Shown here: piece after piece, positions 40,240 through 51,339 of the stretch
Layout: every line of letters begins with the position of its first letter
How positions within the stretch are numbered: the stretch's first letter is position 1
Source: an uncultured Acidobacteriota bacterium
GTDB taxonomy: Bacteria > Acidobacteriota > Terriglobia > UBA7540
Length of the DNA stretch: 64,000 nucleotides
Assembly (NCBI GenBank): GCA_963804995.1
Contig: CAWDSK010000006.1
Span: 992,001-1,056,000, forward strand
Reading direction: 5' to 3'
Program-made: the position numbers and the translations under genes
The notes under the pieces: model-generated
Told to the model about the DNA's origin: nothing
What the model saw: the letters and a program-made list of their open reading frames with translations, nothing else
The model's database searches: none

Positions 40240-41751
40240 TTAAGCACCCTTGCTGCGTGCGGATGGATAGACGCGAGCTTCCGGCTTGAACGTCACATTC
40301 TCATCCAACGGGAAAATGGGTCGCGGGCACACCTTGTGTCCAAGGGATTTGAGGTTTGCGCTTGTGGCCCCGGGAGCGTCCACGTTGATGACTAGCTCGG
40401 ATCCCTCATTGAAAAACCGTGGCTGGCAGTGCGGCGACTTCACCACCACCGCATCGAAGCGCGCCGGATCCTGGCCGTGAGCCAGGAACAGCGAACGGTC
40501 GTACAGGCTTACGGGGCTGCTGGTCAGGACAATCGTATAGTTTCCAGATTCAAGCACTGCGGTTTTGCCGGAATACCACATGTCCCCATGGGATTCGCTG
40601 GGGAAGCGGCCGTCCGATAGCATCTTCACCCGGCCCTCCATGGGCAGCGGGCGAAACCGCACGGAGTCAAACGCGCCCCCCACGTTGACTTTGATTTTGG
40701 CATCCACCCCTGCTTCGAATGCCGCTTTGACGGCAGGAGGATCCACCACAGGAAGCAGGGTCCGGCGGCGGAAGCCCGCTTCCACTAGAGCCCTGAGAAT
40801 CGCATTGCTGTCCCCTGATGCGCCGGAGCTGGTAGCGTCGGCAGCATCGGTCAGCGTCACACGGCCCTTGGCGGCCGCAGCCAGACGAACGGTTTCTGCC
40901 AGGCTGGTCAGCTTGGATTGCAACTTCTCATGTACATTCCAAAAGTCATTCGCCAGGCGGAGGGCCTCGCGCGTGGCGAGCCCGGCATCTCCGTCCGTAA
41001 TCACCAAACTGTTCGTACCGAGTTCCGGCACGTCGGTGAAGGGATTGCCGATAAACATTCCGGCCGAAAGCCCGCCCGGACCTTTCTCCACAGCCTGCGC
41101 CTCACGCACCACCTTCCCGAACAGCCCGGTCACCGTAATCAATTCATCGCCGCGCACCAAGGCGGGAATATAGACACGCGCCATGACAGGACGGATTTCG
41201 CCGGCGAGTAGCCGGAGGAGGAGGCGCGCCGCACGCTGCCCGGTTTCAAAGAAGTCCACATGCGGGTAGGTGTGATAGAGCGTCAGCGCATCGCAGTTCT
41301 GGAGCATTTGTTCCGTCAAGATACCGTGCAGGTCGAGAGAAATCACCAGCGGGATCTTATCGCCCAGAATCTTGCGCGACTCTGCCAGGAGATAACCTTC
41401 CACATCGGGTACGCGCTCCGAAGCCAGCGCTCCGTGCAGTGAAAAATAGACCCCGTCCACCGGCCCCGCGCGGCGCACGCTATCCAGGAATCCGTCGGCA
41501 ATGCGCCTGAAACCGGCGTCGTCCAGGGTGCCCGCAGAAGTGCTGGTGCGAGCGCTGTAGCCCGGGACGATTTCCACTCCCGCCTGCGCCTCGAGCACAC
41601 TCAGCGCACCACCTGTCTCAGTTCCTATACCCCGATGGTAAGAGAGGATGTCCTTGCCAAGCGTTATGATGTAATCCTCGTAACGTCCCAGCACGGGATT
41701 AAAGGATGAAATCTCCTGCTTGCATTCGTTGACCAGAATTCTCTGCCCCAT
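40240..41751 (-). CDS. M81 family metallopeptidase (MlrC-like)
   Basis: QEISSF, SLHGA, SLDLHG, YHTYPHVD and D.AD...SGASGD. Confidence 0.88.
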   Translation of the reverse strand: MGQRILVNECKQEISSFNPVLGRYEDYIITLGKDILSYHRGIGTETGGALSVLEAQAGVEIVPGYSARTSTSAGTLDDAGFRRIADGFLDSVRRAGPVDGVYFSLHGALASERVPDVEGYLLAESRKILGDKIPLVISLDLHGILTEQMLQNCDALTLYHTYPHVDFFETGQRAARLLLRLLAGEIRPVMARVYIPALVRGDELITVTGLFGKVVREAQAVEKGPGGLSAGMFIGNPFTDVPELGTNSLVITDGDAGLATREALRLANDFWNVHEKLQSKLTSLAETVRLAAAAKGRVTLTDAADATSSGASGDSNAILRALVEAGFRRRTLLPVVDPPAVKAAFEAGVDAKIKVNVGGAFDSVRFRPLPMEGRVKMLSDGRFPSESHGDMWYSGKTAVLESGNYTIVLTSSPVSLYDRSLFLAHGQDPARFDAVVVKSPHCQPRFFNEGSELVINVDAPGATSANLKSLGHKVCPRPIFPLDENVTFKPEARVYPSARSKGA

Positions 41752-41900
41752 CTACCACCTCGTATCGTCAGATTTCAAACGGATTGAAATATTGTACCTT
41801 ATAGCTGCCATTGTTTATGGTCAATTCCCTCGCGTTGTGACCAGATACATGCCAAAATGCGGCACGTATTCGCCACCCGCGAAACTCAAGGAGGCATTAC

Positions 41901-43214
41901 ATGGGAGAAGAAAATCGTCGGTCGTTTGTGAAAAAGATGGGGGCAGCTTCGACGCTTGCCGCCGGAGGGTTCTTGAATTGGAACCCGCGAGCCATGGGGG
42001 CCAATGAAAAGGTCGTGCTCGGGCTCATCGGAGGACGAAATCAAGGTCGAGGAGACACCCTACGCGCTATCAAAGTAGGAGCTGAAATCAAGACTTTCTG
42101 CGATCTCGATCAGGCCATCCTCGATAAGGTCAATCCGGATTTCGAAAAAGCCCAGAACAAAGCGCCCGGAACGACCAAAGAGTTCAGGCGGTTGCTGGAC
42201 GATAAGGACATCGACGGCGTCATCATTGCGACCCCCGACCACTGGCACACCCACCTTACACTTCTGGCCTGCCAGGCGGGAAAGGATGTCTATATCGAGA
42301 AGCCGTTGACCCAGACGATTCACGAAGGACACTTGATGCGTGATGCCGCGCGCAAGTATAAACGAGTCGTCCAGGTGGGCACGATGGGCCGGAGCGCTGA
42401 ACACTATCGCACCGCGGTGGAATATGTGAAGTCAGGGAAGCTGGGAAAAATCTGTGAGATCAATACGTGGACATGCCAGGTGCGCGAAAGCATCGGCAAC
42501 CCACCCGACACCGCACCGCCCGACACCGTGGACTATGACGTTTGGCTGGGTCCGGCGCCCCTGCGGCCTTTCAACCCCAACCGTTTCCACTACACTTGGC
42601 GTTTCTTCTGGGACTACGGCAACAGTGAGCTGGGCAACATGGGCGTGCACATGCTGGACGTGGCCATGTGGGGTATCGAGTCGCTGCGCGGCCTGGAGAA
42701 CAGCCTTCCCACCCGCATTTCCGGCGCCTCCGGAATCTACTGGCTGAAAGATGCGAAGGAGGTGCCCGACACGCAAGTCATGACCTACAACTTTGGCGAT
42801 TTCCTGCTGACTTGGGAACTCCGCAGTTTTGCCCAGCAGAACCCCTTGAACGGAAAATCGGATGGCATCTCTTTCAACGGCTCCAACGCTTCGCTGGTCG
42901 CGAGCAACGATGGTTGGAAAGTCTACGACAAGGATGGGAAGATAGGACCGGTTTTTGAAGCCACCGACCCCTACACATTCAGCGGCTTACACGAGAAGAA
43001 TTTTATCGATTGCATCCGCAGCCGCGACACGCCCCATGCAGACGTGGAGATCGGCAGGCTTTCCACCACGATCTGCCACCTGGGAAACATCTGCACGCAT
43101 CTCGGTCGGGATCTCGTCTTCGACCCGAAAACCGAAACTTTTGGAAATGACAAGGCGGCCAATGCCTTGCTGAGGAAGGAGTATCGAAAATCCTATCCGT
43201 TGCCCAAGGTTTGA
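41901..43214 (+). CDS. Gfo/Idh/MocA oxidoreductase, Tat-exported
   Basis: NRRSFVK signal, IATPDHWH, YIEKP and WLGPAP. Confidence 0.92.
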   Translation: MGEENRRSFVKKMGAASTLAAGGFLNWNPRAMGANEKVVLGLIGGRNQGRGDTLRAIKVGAEIKTFCDLDQAILDKVNPDFEKAQNKAPGTTKEFRRLLDDKDIDGVIIATPDHWHTHLTLLACQAGKDVYIEKPLTQTIHEGHLMRDAARKYKRVVQVGTMGRSAEHYRTAVEYVKSGKLGKICEINTWTCQVRESIGNPPDTAPPDTVDYDVWLGPAPLRPFNPNRFHYTWRFFWDYGNSELGNMGVHMLDVAMWGIESLRGLENSLPTRISGASGIYWLKDAKEVPDTQVMTYNFGDFLLTWELRSFAQQNPLNGKSDGISFNGSNASLVASNDGWKVYDKDGKIGPVFEATDPYTFSGLHEKNFIDCIRSRDTPHADVEIGRLSTTICHLGNICTHLGRDLVFDPKTETFGNDKAANALLRKEYRKSYPLPKV

Positions 43215-43346
43215 GGTGCACCAATTTGACGTAGAGGCGGCTGCATTCATCCCGATCTTATCGGGACGCCGCCATTTGGCGAGGTAAACTCGCCGCTACG
43301 AATCTAACTGACCGACAACTCACGATTTACCACTAAGGAGAACGAT

Positions 43347-44321
43347 ATGCGACAACGATTATCGAGGCGAGAATTCGTGCAAGTATCTTCCGCGGCCGCC
43401 TGGGCGTGCGCCGTTCCGCATTCCGCAGGCGCGGTGGCATCTCCCCCTGCCCCCGGGCCGTTCCGCGGGACCTTCTGCCTATTCTCGAAGGCAGTCCCTC
43501 AGTTGAATTGGCAAGAACTGGGGCAGAAAGCCAAGCGCTCGGGCTTCGGTGGTATCGACCTGACGGTTCGCGCCGAGGGCCATGTGTTACCGCCGCGAGT
43601 CGTGGAAGATCTGCCCAAAGCTGTCGCGGCCATCCGTGCGGAAGGTTTGGAAGTACCGATGATTACCACGGAGTTGACCTCCGCCGAGGATCCCGCCGCA
43701 CGTCCCATCCTCAGCACCGCCGCCAAGCTCTCCATTCCCTTCTTCAAACCGGGGTATTACCAATACAAGTTCGTGGACGTTCGCAAAGAGCTGGAAGAAG
43801 CAGGGAAGCAATTTCGCGGCTTGGCACACTTGGCGCAGGAGGTGGGGATTCAAGTGGGGTTCCACAATCACTCGGGAAATCTGGGGGCCCCCATCTGGGA
43901 CATCTCGCGTGTGATGGACACCCTGGACCCGAAGTGGGCAGGCTTTTACTTCGACCTGGAACACGCCACCATTGAGGGTGGCCTGGCAGGCTGGAAGATA
44001 GCCGCCAACCTGGTCATGCCGCGCATGAAGATGATGGCGGTCAAGGACTACTATTGGCAGAAATCAAGCACGGGAAAATGGGAGACGCGGAACGTTCACC
44101 TGGGCGAAGGGATGTGCCACTACAAGGAGTTCCTGAGGATGGCCGCGCAAGGGGGCTTTCACGGTCCCATCTCTCTTCATCTCGAATACCAGACCCCCGG
44201 CGTGACCGACAACGAGGGAAGGGCCCTTTCACGCGAGAAGGATGACGAGGTCATGGCCTCTGCCAAAGGGGATCTCGACCACCTGAAGTCGCTGGTTCAC
44301 GAAGCGTACGGGGGCGTGTGA
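43347..44321 (+). CDS. Sugar phosphate isomerase/epimerase (TIM barrel), Tat-exported
   Basis: SRREFV signal, GFGGIDLTVR, HNHSG, VKDY and GPISLHLEY. Confidence 0.88.
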   Translation: MRQRLSRREFVQVSSAAAWACAVPHSAGAVASPPAPGPFRGTFCLFSKAVPQLNWQELGQKAKRSGFGGIDLTVRAEGHVLPPRVVEDLPKAVAAIRAEGLEVPMITTELTSAEDPAARPILSTAAKLSIPFFKPGYYQYKFVDVRKELEEAGKQFRGLAHLAQEVGIQVGFHNHSGNLGAPIWDISRVMDTLDPKWAGFYFDLEHATIEGGLAGWKIAANLVMPRMKMMAVKDYYWQKSSTGKWETRNVHLGEGMCHYKEFLRMAAQGGFHGPISLHLEYQTPGVTDNEGRALSREKDDEVMASAKGDLDHLKSLVHEAYGGV

Positions 44322-44468
44322 CCGCGTACATGCAAAAATGCGGCACGTATGCGCCAGCAGCGAGCGCACAAGCTGACGCCGGCTCGTCTACCTATTTGAC
44401 TTTGCCCAGTTTGAGGATTTAATATACGGTCATAACAGGTAGGCTGACCAAGGGAGGAGGGGCTGTCG

Positions 44469-44771
44469 ATGTCAACGATTTCCTCCGTTATTCCCCGTCG
44501 GTGGGATCGCCAACCAGCGAATAGCCGAATCGGTCTCGTCTTGAAAGGCGGCCACGTCAAGACGGACGATTCAGCAATCACCGTCGACATTTCCGTGCGC
44601 GGCGCGAGCGTTCGGACCACGCTCATGCTGGTTCCAGGAAACTGGGTGGGAGTCGTCCCCAGCGGGGAATTCCCGCATGCCATCCCCAGTCGGGTGGTTT
44701 GGGTGCGGGAAGATGAGTACAGCCATTGGACCTTTGCGGGGCTTGAGTTCTTAGACACCTTGGAACATTAG
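44469..44771 (+). CDS. PilZ domain protein
   Basis: RRWDR (RxxxR), DISVRGA (DxSxxG), SRVVWVR and AGLEF. Confidence 0.8.
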   Translation: MSTISSVIPRRWDRQPANSRIGLVLKGGHVKTDDSAITVDISVRGASVRTTLMLVPGNWVGVVPSGEFPHAIPSRVVWVREDEYSHWTFAGLEFLDTLEH

Positions 44772-45165
44772 AAAATGCCCTTCAGGGCTCGCCTTTCCGG
44801 TGTCTGATTGGAATTCCAAAACCCCAGCAACGCACCTTTGTGTCCCCACCAATTTAGTGGCAGGGCCCGAAGCCGTTTAGAACAACGTCCCATTCTTGTA
44901 GCCTCCGACGCGGACCCAGGCATACGCGCTGCCCTGCAACCGGACGGCCCAGAAATCAAAGTCGGCAGAAGCACGGTCCCCCACCCGCGCTTGCTGGGGA
45001 CGCGGTGGTGTCGCGGCCGGGGATGCGGGGGGACACCCGCGCTGCAACCCGGCCGGCAGCTTGGCGCATCAGCCGGAGCCGCTACGAAGAAATCCTATTC
45101 GCGTATACAATAGGCGGGCCATAAAGGCGTAAGGGGTTAAAACCAGTTCCCAGGAGTCATCCACG

Positions 45166-47170
45166 ATGTTGACCCGAACCATGTTGACGCTCGGCCTTCT
45201 GCTGGCGGGCCTTTGTTCTGCAGTACCCGGTGTTGCCCGGTCGCAGAAACCGGCCCTCGATTCTTCCTTCGATGCGCTTTTTGCCATGCAGGCGATTCGC
45301 GAGGTTACCATTTCGCCGGATGGCCAGCGCGTCGCCTGGGTCGAATCCCTTCACGGGGCCAAGGGTGCGCCCCTGCCTCATTCCGCCATCTACGTGAGGA
45401 CCTTATCGACTCCTGAAGCCAAGCCCACCCGCATCACGGCGGACTGTGGCAATCAAGCCTGCGAAGAGCATGACATCGCGTGGTCGCCGGACAGTCACGA
45501 GCTGGCTTTCCTCTCCGACGCGCAATCTTCGGAGCAGCTTGAGCTGTACGTCGCCAGCGCCGGGGGCGGTGCGGCGCGAAGACTCACCCACCTGACGGGC
45601 GCCCTCGCCAAACCCGAGTGGTCCCCCGACGGCAAGACCGTGGCGATCCTCTTCACTGAGAACGCGCCCCGCACGCCGGGTCCCTTTGCCCCCATGACCC
45701 TTCCTTCCGGCGTTATCGGGGGGAAAGTTTACGAGCAACGTGTGGCCACAGTGGAGCTCGAACTCGGGCCGGGTGCGGCAGATTTCACCCCCCAACCTCT
45801 ACGTTCACCAATACGAATGGTCGCCGGATGGAAAGAAGTTCGTGGCCACCGCGGCGCCGGGCGAAGGCGACTCCGGCTGGTACGTGGCGGAGATATACAC
45901 CTTTGATGTGGCGTCGGGCGAAGCGCGCTCGATTTACAAGCCGCCGCATCAGGTGGCCTTCCCGCGCTGGTCGCCGGACGGCAAATCCATCGCCTTCATC
46001 ATGGGCTTGATGAGCGACGAAGGCTCAAACGGCGGTGAGGTTTACCTCATTCCGGCCTCAGGCGGCGAGGCGCGGGACCTCACGCCGGGCATCAAGGCGT
46101 CACCCTGCTGGCTGGCGTGGCAGGCGGGAGGCAAGGAAATCCTCTTGCTTGAGAACCTCGACGGCGCGAGCGGCATTGCCACACTCAACGTTGCCATCGG
46201 CCAAGTCACACCCGTCTGGAGCGGCCCGGAAACGCTTTCCGCGGGCGGGTCGAACTTCTGGCTCTCCCTCGCGAGCGATGGCACAACCTGCGCCGTCGTC
46301 CGCGACTCCTACGCGAGGCCGCCGGAAGTTTGGGCTGGACCGATGGGCCATTGGGCACAGGTGACGAACCTCAACCACGGATTGCGTCCGGGCTGGGGAA
46401 AGGTGGAAAGCATCCACTGGCCGAACGAAGGTTTCACCATTCAAGGTTGGCTGGTCTACCCGAGCGACTACGATCCCGCGCGGCGGTATCCCATGGTGGT
46501 GATGGTGCACGGCGGGCCCAGCTCCATGGCGCGTCCGCGTTGGGCGAGGACATTTTACGATCTCACCCTGTTGTCACAGCAGGGCTACTTCATTCTGAAC
46601 CCCAATCCGCGCGGGAGCTACGGGCAAGGTGAGGCCTTTACGCGCTCGAACGTCCGCGACTTCGGCTATGGCGATTTCCGTGACATCCTTGCCGGGGTTG
46701 ACTATGTGGTGAAGAATTTTCCCGTGGACGACCACCGCGTGGGCATCACCGGATGGAGTTATGGCGGCTACATGACCATGTGGGCCGTCACCCAAACCAC
46801 CCGTTTCCGTGCCGCCGTGACGGGGGCCGGCATGTCCGACTTGCTGAGCTATTACGGCGAGAATGACATCGACCAGTGGATCATTCCCTTCTTCGGCGCC
46901 CCGGTTTACGACGATCCGGAAATCTATGCCCGCAGCTCCCCCATCACCTTCATCAAGAAGGTGAAAACTCCCACTCTCATCCTGGTGGGCGACCGGGACG
47001 GCGAGTGCCCGGCGCCGCAGTCCTTCGAGTTCTGGCATGCGCTCCGGGACCTGGGGGTGGAAAACCAGTTCGTCGTTTACCCCAACGAGGGCCACAACAT
47101 CGAAGACCCGGAACACCGGCGCGACATCTTTGACCGCACCGTCGAGTGGTTTAATCATTACCTGAAGTAG
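45166..47170 (+). CDS. S9 family peptidase (beta-propeller + hydrolase); frameshift near 45759
   Basis: Signal peptide, WSPDG repeats, HGGP, GWSYGG, GDRD and EGH; ORFs 45166-45906 and 45740-47170 join. Confidence 0.9.
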
Positions 47171-47339
47171 CGGTCGCCATCGCAGGTGGCGCAAACGTGC
47201 CGGTACTCCGGGTCGGGATGTATGCAGCCTTTGAAGGAAGCAAGATGACCGAGTACACCGGCAGAGACATTATTAAGGCCTCTCAGGCATCTGCATGATA
47301 TCACCCGCCGCGGCGACAGAGGGCCCGCTGGCATAACTG

Positions 47340-47528
47340 GTAGCGCAGAGTCTCACGTCCTTCGAGACTCTGCGGCTTTTCGTTTATTGGGTGTGACTTC
47401 GGATCAGCACCTACGACCCCAGAGAAATCGGATTAGTACGGGACTTGTCATAGCCACAAGTTAATATGACAGTGAATGTTTATCATATTGAGAACCGCAG
47501 AGTCTGAAAGGCACAGACTCTGCGCTAC
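47340..47528. repeat. Inverted pair of GTAG-type REPs (REPIN-like)
   Basis: GTAGCGCAGAGTCTC..GAGACTCTGCGG (47340) and CCGCAGAGTCTG..CAGACTCTGCGCTAC (ends 47528). Confidence 0.8.
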
Positions 47529-47814
47529 CCGCTGGAGCAACAAATGTCTTCTCCAAGATGGGCGACGGTTGGCTTGACCGACCATATCGCCCGATCAAGT
47601 CCGCGCTTTCGCCTGACGGCTACGGCGGGCCACACAAATGGTGGGCACCAAACGACAATTCGACGTTTACGCCCGTTCCAGATGACGAGCTTTTCCTTTT
47701 TGAGGAGGCCATATTGAGGCCATATTTCGATATTGAGCTGTCAAAGTTCGCAATCACATGATACTTGATACTCTGACTAGCGGACTGTAGGTCACCATCG
47801 TGCGCTACGAGCAT

Positions 47815-49416
47815 CTACCATGTGTCTTCCACGACAGAATGCATAGAATCGTCCTTTCCGACGCGGAAATGACGCCCTGCGGCATCTGAAAATTCACTGT
47901 TCACCGTGACCACAATCAATTGGCGGTCGAGCAAATCGTTGAAAAGAGCTTTAAGCTTCCGGCAGTTGGTTGGGTCCATGTGGCGCGTGGGCTCATCCAA
48001 AACCAAGAAATTGATTCCTCGGGCCGCGACACGAAGCAACCCATAGCGGAGCGACAACGCCAAGATGTCTTTCGCGGCACCGCTGAGGTTAAAGATGGGT
48101 ACGTCTCTTCCGTGGAGCTGCACGGAGACATTCAAATCTCCGTCGATCACGACAGCCGCGTCGTTGTCGCCGTCGTGGAACCGCGCCAAGAAATCGTTCA
48201 TGCCGAGCATCAATTGCGTCACCAGGCGCTTCCGTAGCGACCTGCGGAATTGCTGGATCACGTCTTCTAGCTCGGCAAGGAAAGAAATTTCTGACTTCGT
48301 TTCTTCAACTTGTTGCGGTTTCTTTCCAAAGGTCCTTGCCTGCTTGCGTAGCTTCTTCAGCCGTGATTCATCTGACTCGATTTGGCTCACCAGCGTTCGA
48401 TGTGTGGCTTTTGATTCTCTCAGGTCCCCGAGCGTTTCGTACGAACTTGTGAAATCCTCCTCACTCAGCCTCGCTTCCTGCCTTCTTAAATCCTTCCGTA
48501 TGTGGGATAGCTGCCTTTGTATCTCCCTAATGGATTTGCTTAATACCTCAAGCCGGGATCTTCTCAGTGCAGGCGAAATCGGTTGTGTACATGTTGGGCA
48601 TCTCCCCTTCTTTACTGCTAGCAGGAGATCTTGCACGATGCGGAGCTTAGTGTCGGCCCCAAGCTCTTTGTGTTGGAGAATTGCAATTGCATTGTCAGAT
48701 GAGCGCTCGTCCAGCCGGAGAGTGCTTAGATCCTTGGGTGCGATGCGCTCGAGGTTGCGGATCGAGCCTCCAAGCTCGTGCACCTCTTCTTTACGTGATT
48801 CGATGTCTTCTTCCAGCTCTTCCACGTGCGCCAGAAACGCCCCGAGTTGTCCGGAAGTCAGATCTTCGAGGAAGAGCGATAGGCTTTTCTTCGTCTGCCG
48901 CAGGGACTCAATGCGACTTTTCCATTCTTCCACCCCGAGCAAGCGTTCAATAAACACTCGCCGCTCCTCGGGCGAGAAGTCTAAACTTTTTCGAAGTTCG
49001 TCCTGGTCTGAAAAGAAAATATTCTGGAATAGCTTCACGTCCACCCCCGCAAGGGAGATCAGCTTTTCCGTGACAGTGCGGGTCCCTGATGCGACGAATT
49101 CGCCCTCTCTCCGCAGAGTGACTTCCCGCATAGGAAGCGATCTTTTGAGGCAGTACTCGTGCCCGTCCAACCCAAAGGACAGCTCCACGCTCGCTTGGCT
49201 CGATCCTTCGTTGATCAGATGTTCGATCTTGACCGGAGTTCCAGCAACTCGCTTAGGGAAGACATCGGCACCAAAAAGCGCGAACCCGATGGCATCGACA
49301 ATGCTGCTCTTACCCTGCCAGTTTTGGCCGAAGATATAGTTCTGACCCGGCGAAAACTGGAGATGTGCTTGGGAGAAAGACCGGAAATTGTCGATCTTTA
49401 GGTTAGTGATGATCAG
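47815..49416 (-). CDS. Rad50/SbcC-like SMC ATPase (short coiled coil)
   Basis: NFRSF, Walker A GQNWQGKSS, Q-loop FSDQDE, zinc hook CPTC, LSGAAK and Walker B LDEPT. Start inferred at CTG 49416, overlapping the upstream stop. Confidence 0.85.
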   Translation of the reverse strand: MIITNLKIDNFRSFSQAHLQFSPGQNYIFGQNWQGKSSIVDAIGFALFGADVFPKRVAGTPVKIEHLINEGSSQASVELSFGLDGHEYCLKRSLPMREVTLRREGEFVASGTRTVTEKLISLAGVDVKLFQNIFFSDQDELRKSLDFSPEERRVFIERLLGVEEWKSRIESLRQTKKSLSLFLEDLTSGQLGAFLAHVEELEEDIESRKEEVHELGGSIRNLERIAPKDLSTLRLDERSSDNAIAILQHKELGADTKLRIVQDLLLAVKKGRCPTCTQPISPALRRSRLEVLSKSIREIQRQLSHIRKDLRRQEARLSEEDFTSSYETLGDLRESKATHRTLVSQIESDESRLKKLRKQARTFGKKPQQVEETKSEISFLAELEDVIQQFRRSLRKRLVTQLMLGMNDFLARFHDGDNDAAVVIDGDLNVSVQLHGRDVPIFNLSGAAKDILALSLRYGLLRVAARGINFLVLDEPTRHMDPTNCRKLKALFNDLLDRQLIVVTVNSEFSDAAGRHFRVGKDDSMHSVVEDTW

Positions 49417-50509
49417 ACGACAATATCCTTTCTCGAATGGCTTCGAAGAGCTCCTCGCCTTCGGTGTGCTCCAGGTAATGCTTCGCCTTTGCGAGTCTTC
49501 TTCCCTTAAATGCCCGATGCAGGAATTGCATGATGCTCGCCCCACGGCGTGTTTCTGCGGCAGTCTTCGCCTGTGTTGAATAACGCAGATCAATGAAGTA
49601 ATCGAATAACTCCCTTTCTCGGAGTAGCGGTAGAATTTCTGCTTTGGATAGCCCATGTTTCGCCTTGAGAGTCCCGAAAATCCGGATGTACACAAACGCT
49701 CCGGCGCACGCCTTCTGCTTTTCAAGATCGCGGGCTATTGCCAAAAGGAGCTCCTGACTCGCGATGGGAGATGCGTCGTATTCTAAAACGATCACATGCC
49801 GAGTTTTGGTTAGCGCAAACCGGTCCACGCGTCCCGTCTTGGAGTCATACACGACAACGAACTTCTCCGACTGATCGAGCATGTTCTGCACTTCAGTTGA
49901 ACCTGGCATCACGCAATTGCCGGTATGCTCATAGACGTGGTGGTGTCCGACAAAGGCCTTGGCAAATCCCTCGCCGATAGACCCGTCCACCTCCCATAAC
50001 TGAGGCGGAATGGACCGTGCGCCTTTGATGAAGTTGTGGAGCAAGAGGATTTTGCATTGGGCCCGCGAAGTCTTCCGCAGGGCCTCAGCAATTCGCGGGA
50101 CCTCCCCAGGATCTTGTTGCCACGGGACACCACAGATGGAGATGTCGCCAGTGTTGAACTCCGTCCCGCGAAGCACCTGCATGAAACCGAGGCTTTCCAA
50201 TGCACTGAGCTCTCCCGCTTCGCGCCCCCTCCCGAATTCGTGGTTCCCCGGAATTGCTATTAACGGGACTCTTTCTTTCTTAAGTTGAATCAGAGTCGGG
50301 GAAATCTCTTTAAGGATTTCAGCGAATGCGTCTACGTTTCTCCGGGTCGCCGCTGAATCGAACACGTCTCCCAAGAGACAGATAACTTCTGCCCCGTTTT
50401 CCCGGCAAAGACTGACGGCCTTAGTGAATGCGGTGGAAAAGTCTGCACGGCGCTTGGTTGAGTAGTCAGTAGACCCCAGGTGGGTATCGCCAATCACCCC
50501 GAGTAGCAT
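49403..50509 (-). CDS. Mre11/SbcD-like metallophosphoesterase
   Basis: GDTHLG, GDVFD, GNHE, LLH, GHHH and PGS; GAGG RBS before ATG 50509. Confidence 0.88.
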   Translation of the reverse strand: MLLGVIGDTHLGSTDYSTKRRADFSTAFTKAVSLCRENGAEVICLLGDVFDSAATRRNVDAFAEILKEISPTLIQLKKERVPLIAIPGNHEFGRGREAGELSALESLGFMQVLRGTEFNTGDISICGVPWQQDPGEVPRIAEALRKTSRAQCKILLLHNFIKGARSIPPQLWEVDGSIGEGFAKAFVGHHHVYEHTGNCVMPGSTEVQNMLDQSEKFVVVYDSKTGRVDRFALTKTRHVIVLEYDASPIASQELLLAIARDLEKQKACAGAFVYIRIFGTLKAKHGLSKAEILPLLRERELFDYFIDLRYSTQAKTAAETRRGASIMQFLHRAFKGRRLAKAKHYLEHTEGEELFEAIRERILSSDHH

Positions 50510-51339
50510 GTTCCGCCTCGATGAGAGGTTGCCTAAGGCACGGCACGCGTTGCCGCCCGTAATATAGCTCAAAATCAGGATAGCGCCCAGCGGTAAGCAA
50601 CCTCGCCGTCCCCGGATGAAAGTGCACGCTGAAGAAATGCACTTGGCCGTATTACGGCCTTGTCGGAAACTGGCCGCTGCCGTGTATACGTGACTCCTCA
50701 ATAAGGAATTGCACCTGCCTCGTCTTCTTGAGTTTACGAACGCCGCGTTGCGGTTCAAATTACACTGACACACGAAATCTGTAGAGCCTGCTCTAGAGTT
50801 TTTTGCCGCATCCCTGAGACTCTCAAGACCTGGCTCCCCTCAGACTGATGATTTCGGCGCCATTTTATCGCGGTGCTGACACACCCTCTGCTCACGGGCA
50901 CCCGCTCCGCTGGGCGACGGAGGATTTCAAAATTCGGTGCTTGACTTTGTTTACTTGTGCGGTATAATCTTAATCGTACTGTGTGGTCCGGCTCGGCAGG
51001 AAGGCGCGGAGAGGGCGAGGCAGGGCCGGGCAATTGGGCAGGAAGGGAGTTATGTAGCCGCGGCGACACGAGGATTTCGCAGCGCCTTTATGTCCGACCA
51101 TGACGTCTTTCTCCCAAAGCCGAGAACATACTGAAAACAAAGGGCGGGGAGAGACAAATTTCGTTTCCCAAAGCCGAGAACATCCAGAAAACAAACCCAC
51201 TTAGAAGGCCTACCAAAAACGGGATATCGCCTTGACAAAATGTCCTACAGAAAAAGACCTCCTTCCTCGTCCCGGGCCCACCGTTAAGCCGCTTTCAACT
51301 ATCTAACTGGGCTACATTGGTTCGCCCCGCCGCAGCGGG

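Noticed and set aside
48065..49339. 424-aa plus-strand ORF
   Set aside because: Ser-rich antisense shadow of the SbcC-like gene.
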